Below, in pieces: positions 47,241 through 57,500 of a stretch of DNA of 64,000 nucleotides. The translations under genes were made by a program, and so were the position numbers. Location: assembly GCA_964036045.1 (NCBI GenBank), contig OZ038378.1:29326001-29390000 (forward strand), read 5' to 3'. The DNA is from Eutreptiella sp. 'Long Island Sound 2002'. Lineage: Eukaryota > Protista > Euglenida. The notes beneath the pieces are model-generated. The model did not search any database and was not told the origin of the DNA. It saw only the letters and a program-made list of their open reading frames with translations. Positions within the stretch are counted from its first letter, which is position 1, and every line of letters starts with the position of its first letter.

Positions 47241-48035
47241 ACAAGGATTGCATTCTTCGTTTTGTTTCATTGTACATGAATGTACATGAAACGTTATTAC
47301 ACTACCGGGACCTGCTAAATTCATAGTGTGTTTGGAATCTTGTGTGCTATTTCTCCTGCCCTGATCTACAAGTGGCATTCACATTTGCGTGCATGAATAT
47401 GTATATGTTGGTGCTGTATCACATGCTGATGTGCATGCACGATGTATCACACAGTGCTAGTGCTGTAAATTACCCACTGTTTTCCTCCTCGACGATGGGA
47501 AATGTTGGATATTTGTTCCATAGGAAAAATCAGTTTGTCATTGGGTGATGTGGTATGTCAACGAACTATTGATTTTCATGTAAAGATTTACATACATTTC
47601 CGAGTGTGCCGTCCGGTGAGCCCTTGTTGTCAAAATAAAGTAGACCTGACAGGTGCATGGTTGCGTTCAGTTTGCAAGGTCCCAATTCATTGTCAGGAAC
47701 CTAACAATGGTAGTTGTGTGTGTTTGGACTGCAAATTGCGTGTGCAAAATTTAGCTTCCTAATTGTTTGTGTAGGGGCACCGCAAAAAACCGTACCTGTT
47801 TTTTTGGTTTTTGTGTTACCTTTGCACAAAATGTGTTTTTGTGTAGGTTTCGGAAGCACGTCATGTCATTGCTTTGACCTTGTATTTTGGTTGAAAATGT
47901 ATTTAAAGGGGGTACATTTTTTGTTTTAAATTTGCGTGTTGTTGAAATTGGCGTATGGAGGTGTTTTTTGGGGTACATTTTTACTGTCAGGTTTTGATTG
48001 CTGTCCGCGGGTGCATGTGTCCTAGTTGGGCCGCC

Positions 48036-50900
48036 TAAGAAGGAGGACACCCGCTAGCAGGCGTTGAAGGCGAAGAACCATGTTGAGGCCACCTCCACCC
48101 CACACCAAGGCAAGGATGCTCCCTCTGAGTAGGGCATCGAAGCCTCACAGGCCAAGGGGGAATGTGCCACGGCCAGTCCCAGCTGCGCAGTTCCCCTTCA
48201 CCATGCCTCTGCCCCCCTCCCCCCCCCGGAGGCCCAAATGTACAGATGGCCAAGGCCAAAGCACAATCAGCAGCCACCTGGAGTGGTACAGAACTAGTCT
48301 GCGCTGCAGTGCAACAATGCAAAACACCGAACTATGTGGTGATGACCATGCGCCTGTGACACGGGGGCGTATGCGAGCCCAGTATCCGTTGCCTCATGGC
48401 CCCCCGGAGGCCGACTTCCTGTGCCCAATAGCAAGGTGTAGCAGGGCGATATTAGGGGAACTTGGATATCGGCCTCCGGAGCCCATCATCATCACAAGTC
48501 ACCCAAAAGCCATTCGTTGATTTGGAAGGCTCCACACAAGTGGGGCATGCACAAAACATCTTTTCATAAAAAAACGGTGTCTTCACCCGAACTTCAAACA
48601 TTTGCAGTGGACAATGAGTTCTTGGATGGAAAATTGTCATTGATTGCATTGAGAGATTTTGTCATATCACACCCTGTTTTCAGGCCCACATCGGTGGCCA
48701 ATTTTTGCCAATTTGGCCAATTTGTTTTGCCGATTTGTTGGGTTTCTTGCGCAGCTGCAACCAAAAGGGTTGCATTGGTCTCAATTTTGCGTCGTTTAAT
48801 TTTTGGTTGTAGGAGAATTCATGCTTTTTATGTCCCGTGCAGATTGGCAACATTAATTTAAGGTCACCCAAAAGGTCCCTCCATAGTCCCTTAGGGTTGT
48901 TCATCTCCCATTTCCCACTGTTCAAGTCTTGTTTGAGGGACAAGCATCCTATCATGTTGAAGGCCCAGCCTGCGATTTGTGTGTTTGCTCTGTGCGGCTC
49001 AAAACACCCACGCCTCTTTGCAGGCTCGATTACACAGTGAGCAGCATCGTCTTCTAGAACATCACGTCCTGTAGTAGAGTCTTCTGCTGCCACTTCTTCT
49101 GCCACACATTTTACTGCTGTAGAATCTTTTGTGGCACCCATTAGTTCCTGCACTGGAACCCAGCACATCACAGTGGGATGGTCAGTGGAAATCTATGAAG
49201 CCTTGTTGGCTTGAGACCGTGAAAAGAAAACTGCAGGTGCTGACAACTGTTTCGGTCATTGCCATGGCTGAGAAACTCAAAAAGTAGCAACAGTGTGTTA
49301 TATTATGGCCTATGTGGTAAAAGGACAAAACACATGAGGATTCATTGACGAAAGATGCTGCCACTGATCTTCATGATAGTGAGTGCACCAAGCACGTTCA
49401 AGCATGTGCAAGATTCATTTTTGCACCAAGATATGAGCTGAGGAGTGGCTTGTCTTGAGGAGTAGGATGATGAGGAAGAGCTGCCATCAGTGACACAAGG
49501 GATCTAATGCAACACGGAGGGGAAGCTCTGGACAGGGCGGATAAATGCATATAACATGTGCACGACCCAACTGTGGCATGTAGACTAGCAGTAATTTTGA
49601 CATGTACTGGGTTTGTAAGGGGGTGTTGCCTGAACTGTGCGCGCACTGTGCATCTTTGAGGGTATTGTTTGTTCCCCAGATCCACAATTCCTTAATCAGA
49701 GTTGCTCTGGCTTGTCCCTGGGCTGCCTGTGTACTACCACAGCTCCAGTGGGGAGAGGGTGCCAGCCACTATTGTTGGCCCTTGTCCAAAAGGTGGGCGC
49801 TGCATCTCTATTCGGTACAAATTGGGAGGTCAAGAGGTCTTGTTCGAGTATGCCCCAGAGGAGCGGTTGGAGTTTGTCATTGCAACTCCTTCTTCACCAA
49901 GCCACCCCAAACTCCTACACGATGAGGCATTGATGGATGCTTTGGTGGAGCCCCCCAAACCTGGAATGGATGCTGAAAGTCCCCAGCCCCCCCCACTAGA
50001 AGATCAACCCCCACGCGAGAGCTGCAAGGTGGAGAAATTGGGACCCTGGGACTTGTGACAAGCATCAGACTAAAAGTTAAAAATTCCTGGTATGCCAGCA
50101 AGGGCCACAGGGTGCAGAAATTGGGAGGTGTGGTTCTGTGGGGGCTGTTCAACGCGGTAAATGTTGGGTGAACATTCCAAAAAGATTGAACCGTGCGCGC
50201 ACCGTGCGACAACACCCCCTAAACGGAAAAAGGTGTTTCTGGGCTTTGTGACTGAGCACTAAGCCAAATGCGGTCAAGGGGCAAGTTTTTTGGCCATCAA
50301 AGCGCCTGCTGAATTGTTCTGCCGATGTTTTTTTTTTTATTTCTTGATCGATTTGGGGAGGGGGTTGATGGATTGGCCCTGCTGACCCCCGGTGGCCTCG
50401 GGCCAGGCTTGGGTCATCATTTGGTGACAATACGGGCACTTGCAAATCCATGAGGAACCATAAAGCACTGGTTATGTGCATCTCCCTGACCCCTTGAACG
50501 CTCTTGGTCTACCTTCAGCTGCATTGTTTGGAGCAATTTCAGCGAGGTGCACTTGCTGAAGGCAAAAGAGTTTTGAGGGTGCTACATCCACTGGTCCAGA
50601 ATGTGGGCAGCATCAACCCAGGCTGGGGCTTGAAGCGATGGGAAAGGTGCAATGGCTGGGGCCCAGTGCATCTCTTGTGCTGCATCTTTTCAGTCATTGT
50701 TGGACCGCATGGGACTTTGAAGCAACGGTGCTGGCTCTTTCAGGGTAGTCATTATATCCGTCATGAAGAGCCCTGCCCCCTACACCTATTTGACACTGGA
50801 GCTGCGCGAGGAGCATGCAGCACCACAGCGCCATCCATGGATGAGGCACCAGAGGTCTGTTTGATGTTGCTGCAGTTCATGGGGTGGGATCCTGTGAGGG
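48036..50900. mobile_element. Decayed host element interrupted by the large TIR element; unassigned ORF relics
   Basis: Repeats shared with 32290-32386; broken protein-like frames (48680-49171 minus; VYYHSSSGERVPATIVG..ISIRY at 49730-49870). Confidence 0.4.
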
Positions 50901-53689
50901 GTCGACCAACCGTACCAGTGCATTGGAGGGGCCTGGTGTGTGGGTGGGTCGCTTCAAAATTGTGGGTTGGTGTGGGTTGGATTCGTTGGTGTCTGCCAAT
51001 ACCCTGCCCTCATCCCCCCAGGGCGTTCTGGGTCGGTTGGGACCGGGTAGAACTTGACGCGGTGTGTGTGGGCTACATGTGCCCACACACCGGAGCCTCA
51101 TGCAGACACTGGAACCTGACCATTGAGCCCCCCCCCCCCCCCCTCCCTCGCCCTCTGGGTCACCATATGCCGGCGCTGGCATCCGAGGGACGTTTTCCGA
51201 ATATCCGTGCCCAATCAATTGCAATGGGAAAACACGAGGTCCAGCCCTTCGGGCCTGTGTTCCAGATCCCCTCCCACCCCATCTAATCTGCACCGGCTCA
51301 AAGGGCCCCCTTCTCCGGTGTTGCGATGGACGAAGGGTTCTGCCGTCCGTGACCGGGCACTGGCCGTTGGTGATGTGCTGGGCGCTGTTGGTTGACCACC
51401 GCTTAGTGACTGCATCCCTGTGGCCCCGCCCAACCCACCACCAACGCCCCCTGTCATCAGGCGCCGTGTCGCCGGGCTCTAGCCGCTGTTGCTCGTTGCC
51501 CACCCTCTGAACCCCCGCTTTGTCGTTGACCCACGTTTCTTCCACGCAATTCTACATGTGTTCTCCACGCCCCCCCCCCCCCTCCCATGGCTTCTGCTGC
51601 TTGTGGCGCTTGTTGTTCCCCACAGGAGGGGGGGTGACAGCCCGCGTTTGTACTCATGCCTCCGGGTGGTACACGGCGTGGTCTGGTGCGAAGCTCAACC
51701 ACAGTCAAAGTGGAAGCGGCGACAGACACCAGACGCAGGGGATCTTGGGGGTTTGGGTGAGTGGGGGGGCTTCACTGCGCCCACCTCTGGTGCGGTCAGC
51801 AGTGGTCCTGGGCCCCGCGTCCAACGCGGGGCAGTCAAAGGCGTGGAGCTGCCGTGACGCACCAGTGTGGGCCGATGTGATCCTGGACATACTCCCATCC
51901 CATCCCATCCCATCCCCCCTCCCCCACAAGCCCCAAACCAGCCCCCAACACGTCCGACACCCCGCAAACCACATTCCTTGTGTGTAGTGGCTGCAGGTTC
52001 AGTCTTGCAGTTCTCGCCGTGGGGATCTTCTGCTGCGCCGCCTATCCGTTTGGCAAACAGCCGCACTTGGTGGCGCTGCTGTCCATCAGTAGGCCTCTCG
52101 GGTGTGTCCCTTCCGTTGTGCATGTTTCCGCTGTGAGCGTACGTCAAACCCCAAACCTCAAAAGGATCTGCGTGTTGTGGAGTATCATATTATGAATTCC
52201 CTCCCGGCGCATGCCGGGACATGTGTGCCAGCAGAAGCAAGTGGCCAAACCCGCATCACCGACCAGAACACCAATCCCCGCCCATCAACCCGGGTGGTGC
52301 ACGTGCTGTGCGATGGGTTGGGCATACGGTACACACACTGTGGACATAGGGAGATGGGGTGTGGGTGGGGCGACATATGGGTTTCTGGCCCCAAGGACAC
52401 GCATGTACGTTGGGGTACCCCACCCCCCGGAATACTTGGAAATACTTTCCCCAGTGGTTTGGAAGAAGCGATATGAGTGATCGATTCCTGCTGAACACTC
52501 TAACCAGTGCATGCACCCGGAACCACCAACCGGCACATTTGCTTAGCCTTTTTGGCAACCAAGATACACGTGCACCACAGCATGACCACACAACACACGT
52601 ACACCACGGCACCGGCAAACCCAGCCGCAGCACCACCCGACCCCATACCAAGCTGTCCACAAGACACCACGGCACCACGAGAGCACACGCACGGCACAGG
52701 CGAACCCAGCCGCATCCTCCCCCCCCCGCCAGGTCAGTAAGGGCCACAGTCACGGCAACCCTTTTGCAGGGGCTCGAACCCCCCGCCCCGGCCCCCAGAA
52801 TGAGCCCCCCCCCCCCCCAGTCCACTCCAGAGACTGGGCGGATGGATTATGGGCCAGGGAAGGACGTGGGTCAAAGCACACACACACAACAAGCCTTGGC
52901 CTGTGTGTGTGTGGGAAGTCTGCCCCTTTCTGACGGCCGCTCGGCGCCACGGTGGATTGGCCCTCCCCTCAAAGGGGGGGGGGGGGGGCGTTGTCGCACT
53001 GCGTACCACCGCAGGGCACTGGCACACGGCTCAAAGGCGTTTGCCCCCCAGAGTTTGTTGCAGCAGGCGCCAGAGACCATTCCATAGCCCACAGAAACCT
53101 TTCTTGTCAAAGACTGAGAGTCTTGCGTCAGTGCTGCGGCAGTGCACGCGGTGCAATATCAGCCTGAAGAAAGCGTTGCCAGGGGCTTCCTCGCGCGACT
53201 GAGGCCGCTCCCACTTCACAGTGCCATTTTCTTTGCGGTGCTGCCTCGTGATTTAGGCCCCGGCCCCCTGCCCCCCCCCCCCCCTCCACAATCGTGTGCT
53301 TTGTCTGTACTCAGGCTGCATCCTCCTGCCGCTGACGCACGGAACCATGTGACGCTGCCGGCGCCTCTGGTAGGGCAGTACCGTGACGCACGTTCCCATA
53401 ACCCTTCCGAGGTGGCTATGCCCAATCGCCCGTCCGGCTCCAGGAGGCAGTTGCGCAAGTCGGCGCCTGTAAAGCCGGCCAGTGACCGCCGAGACGGTTA
53501 GTTCTTGCGATTTTTGGGAAAGGCGTGTGGGGCGTTTTTGGGAGGGGGATGTACCCCACTGGTAGGGGTGCAGTTTGCCATCCGCTCACCCACTCAGCCT
53601 TTGAGGCTTTGTATGAGCCGTCCGTCTGTAACAGAAATTTGCACAAGCTGTTGCCTGGCTTGGTATGACTCGGTATGACGTATGTAGTG

Positions 53690-56600
53690 TATTTCATGTA
53701 GTGTATTGTATGTAGTGTGCTGTATGTAGTGTCTTGTATGTAGGGTGTTGCATGTAGTGCGCTGTACGCAGTGTGCTGTATGTAGTGTGTGGTATGTAGT
53801 GTGTTGTATGTAGTATGTCGTATGTAGTGTGCTGTATGTATTATGTTCTACCTAGTGTGTTGTATGTAGTGTGCTGTATGTAGGGTTGTGTATGTAGGAT
53901 GTTGCATGTAGTGCGCTGTACGCAGTGTGCTGTATGTAGTGTGTGGTATGTAGTGTGCTGTATGTAGTATGTCGTATGTAGTGTGTTGTATGTAGTGTGC
54001 CGTATGTGTTGCGTTTTATGTAGTTTGTGTGGTATGTAGTGCGTTGTGTTTGGTGTGCTGTATGTAGGGTGTTGTATGTAGGGTGTTGTATGTAGTTTGA
54101 TGTATGTACTGTATTGTATGTAGTGTGTTGTGCATAGGGTGTTGCATGTAGTTTGTTGTATGTGGTGTGTGGTATGTAGTTTGATGTATGTAGGATGTTG
54201 TACGTAATGCGCTGTACGTAGTGTGCTGTATGTAGCCTGTGGTATGTAGGTGTTGTATATAGTGGCTTGTATGTAGCGTGTTGTATGTAGTGTGCTGTAT
54301 GTAGTGTGTGGTATGTAGGGCGTTGTATGTAGGGTGTTGTATGCAGTGTGTTGCGTGTAGTGTGCTGTTTTTGTTGTGTTTTACGTAGTGTGTGGTATGT
54401 AGTGTGTTGTACGTGGTGTGCTGTATGTAGGGTATTGTATGCAGCGTGTTGTACGTGCTGCATTGTATGTAGTGTGGTGTATGTAGTTTGATGTATATGG
54501 TGTGTTGTATGTAGTGTGTTGTACATAGGCTGTTGTGTGTAGTGTGTTGTATGTAGTGTGTTGCATGTATTGTGCTTTATGTGTTGTATTTCATTTAGTA
54601 TGTGACATGTAGTGTTTTGTATGTAGGCTGTTGTATTTACGTTGTTGTATGTAGCGTGTTGTATACAGTGTGTTGTATGGAGTCTTTGTATGTAGTGTGC
54701 TGTATGTTGGGCGTTGCTTGCACTTCATTGAATGTACTGTGTTGTGTCTAGTCTGCTGTGTGTGTTGAGTTTCATGTAGTGTGTGGTATGTAGTTTGTTT
54801 CATGTAGGCTGTTGTAATTAGGGTGTTGTATGTGGTGTGTTGTATTTAGGGTGTTGTATGTACTGTGCTGTATGTAGTGTGTTGTATGTAGTCTGCTGTA
54901 CGTAGTATGTTGTCTATAGGGGTGCTGTATGCATGATGTTGTATATAGTGTGCTTCGCGCAGTACGCTGAATGTAGTGTGTTTTATGTAGTGTGTGGTAT
55001 GTAGGGTGTTGTGTGCAGTTTGTTGTATGTAGTGTGTCGTATGTAGTGTGCTGTATGTGTTGTGTTTTATATAGTGTGTCGTATCTAGGGTGTTGTATTT
55101 GGGGTGCCATATTTAGGGTGTTGTATGTAGGATGTTGTACGTAGGGTGATGTATGTGGTGTGCTGTATGTAGTGTGTTGTATGTACGGTGTTGTTTGTAG
55201 TGTGTGGTCTGTAGTGTGTTGTTTTTAGTGTGCTGTATGTAGGGTGTTTCATGTGGGGTGTTGTATGTAGTTTGTTGCATGCATTCTGTCGTATGTAGTG
55301 TGCTTTATGTGTTGTGTTTTATGTAGTGTGTCGTATCTAGTGTGTTGTATTTAGTGCTCTGTATGTAGGGTGTTGTATGCAGGGTGTTGTGTGTAGTGCG
55401 TTCTATGTAGTATGTTGTATGTAGGGTGTTGTATTCAGTTTGTTGTATATAGTGTGTCGTAGGTAGTGTGCTGTATGTGTTGTGTTTCATTTAGTGTGTT
55501 GTATGTAGTGTGTTGTTTTTAGTGTGCCGTATATAACGTGTTCTCTCTAGTGTGCTGTATGGAGGGTGTTCTTTGTCGTGTGCTGTTTGTAGTGTATTGT
55601 AAATAGGGTGTTGCCTGCAGGTTGTTTTATATAGTGAGTCGTAGGTAGTGTGCTGTATGTGTTGTGTGTTATGTAGTGTGTTGTATCTAGTGTGTTGTAT
55701 TCAGTGTGCTCTATGTAGTGTGTTGTTCGTAGGGTGCTGTTTGTAGTGTGCTGTATGTAGTGTGCTGAGTGTAGTGTGTTTTATGTAGTGTGTTGTATGT
55801 AGGGTGCCGTATGCCGTTTGTTGTATGTATTGTGTCTTATGTAGTGTAGTGTGGGTATGCAGGTATGTAGTCTGTCATGTCTAGTGTGTTGTATTTCGTC
55901 TGTCATATATCGGGTGTTGTATGCAGGATGTTGCATGTGATGTGTTGTATGTAGTGCGTTGTGTGTAGTGTGCTGTACCTAGTTTGCAGTGTGTAGTGTT
56001 ATGTATGAAGTGTGTTCTATGTAGTATGTTGTATGTGGTGGTGGTGGTGGTGGTAAGCGGCCCACTCATTAGGGCGCCCGTCCGGCGCGCTCTTGTGGCC
56101 GGCAGTGACAGAGGTCGGGTCCCATGTATAATTGAGCAATGGGATTTGAACTGACTTTGCATGAATAATACCAGCGCTCCGACCAAGCCGTTCAGTCATG
56201 GCCGGCTACATAGTGCATAATGGGGTTCAAACCGACGACCCTCTTTCCTCAGGACCAGCATTCTAACCACTCGGCCAACGGCGGCCTTTCTTAGTATGTT
56301 GTATGAAGGGTGTTGTATGCAGTTTGTTGTACCTCGTGTGTCGTAGCTAGTGCGCTGTATGTGTTTTGTTTTCCGTAGTGTGTTGTATTTAGTGTGTTGT
56401 ATGTAGTGTGTTGTACTTAGTGTGTTGTATGTACCGTGTTGTCTGTAGTGTGGTGTATATTGGGTGTTATATGTTGTGTGCTGTATGTAGTGTATTGTAT
56501 GTAGGGTGTTGTATGCAGGTTGCTGTATGTAATGTGTTGCATGTAGGATGTTGTATGTAGGATGGTGTGTGTAGTGTGCTGTATGTAGTGTTTTGTAATT

Positions 56601-57500
56601 AGTGTGCCGTATGTACGGTGTTGTAGGGTGTTGTATGTAGTGTGCTCCATGTGTTATGTTCTATATAGTATGTGGTATGTGGTGTGTTGTTTTCAGTGTT
56701 CTGTATGTAGGGTCTGATATGTAGTGTGTCGTATGTAGTGTCTTGTACATACGCTATTGTATGCAGTTAGTTGTATGTAGTGTGTAGTATGCAGGGTGTG
56801 GTATGTACGATGTTGTATGCAAGGTGTTGTTTGTAGTTTGGTATTTTTAGTGTGTTGTATGTAGTGTGCTGTGCGTACTGTGCTGAATGTAGTGTGTTGT
56901 ATGTAGTGTGTTGTATATAGGGTGTTGTATGCAGGGTGTTGTATGTAGTGTGTCGCACGTAGTGTTTTGTATGTGTTGCGTTGTATGTAGTCCGTTGTCT
57001 GTAGTGTGCTGTACCTAGTTTGCCATACGTGGTGTTATGTATGTAGTGTGTTCTATGTCGCATGTTGTATGTAGGGTGTTACATGCACTTTGTTGTATGT
57101 TGTGTGTCGTAGGTAGTGTGTTGTGTGTGGTGCGTTTTATGTAGTGTGTTGTATGTAGTGTGTTGTATTTAGTGGGCTGTATATACCGTGTTGTCTGTGG
57201 TGTGGTGTATGTAGGGTGATGTATGTGTTGTGCTGTATGTAGTGTAATGTATGTAGGCCGTTGTAAGCAGATACTTGTATGTAGTGTGTCGTAGGTAGTG
57301 TGTTGTATGTGTTGTGTTTTGTTTAGTTTGTTTTATGTAGCGTTGTCTTCAGTGTGCGGTATGCACTGTGTTGTCTCTAGTGTGGTGTGTGTAGGGTGTT
57401 GTTTGTAGTGTGCTGTATGTAGTGTATTGTATGTACGGTGTTGTATGCAGTTTCTTGTATGTAGTGTGTCGCAGGCAGTGTGCTGTATGTGTTGACTTTT
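53690..57500 (+). repeat. 14-bp minisatellite (GTAGTGTGTTGTAT)n, ~3.8 kb
   Basis: Continuous degenerate tandem repeat with strong G/T versus C/A strand asymmetry. Confidence 0.97.
56036..56291 (-). mobile_element. 256-bp dimeric tRNA-derived SINE-like element with a (CCA)6 tail
   Basis: Minus strand: A box TGGCCGAGTGG and B box GGTTTGAACCC, a second tRNA-like block with AGTTCAAATCC, a unique 3' body, then (CCA)6. Flanked by TAGTATGTTGTATG at 56022-56035 and 56292-56305. Confidence 0.75.

Larger units (their letters stand above)
32387..48035 (+). mobile_element. ~15.6-kb TIR DNA transposon-like element (superfamily unassigned), internally expanded
   Basis: Perfect 19-bp TIRs: GGCGGCCCAACTAGGACAC (32387-32405) and GTGTCCTAGTTGGGCCGCC (48017-48035). 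Flanks AAA and TAA. Both flanks carry related GCAAGGATGC..GCAT.GAAG..TCA repeats, consistent with one interrupted host element. The 16-bp palindrome was seen only inside these bounds. Confidence 0.75.

Noticed and set aside
56220-56285. Functional tRNA gene
   Set aside because: A and B boxes are present but there is no clean cloverleaf or acceptor stem. It is embedded in a tailed, TSD-flanked element, so it is called a SINE head.
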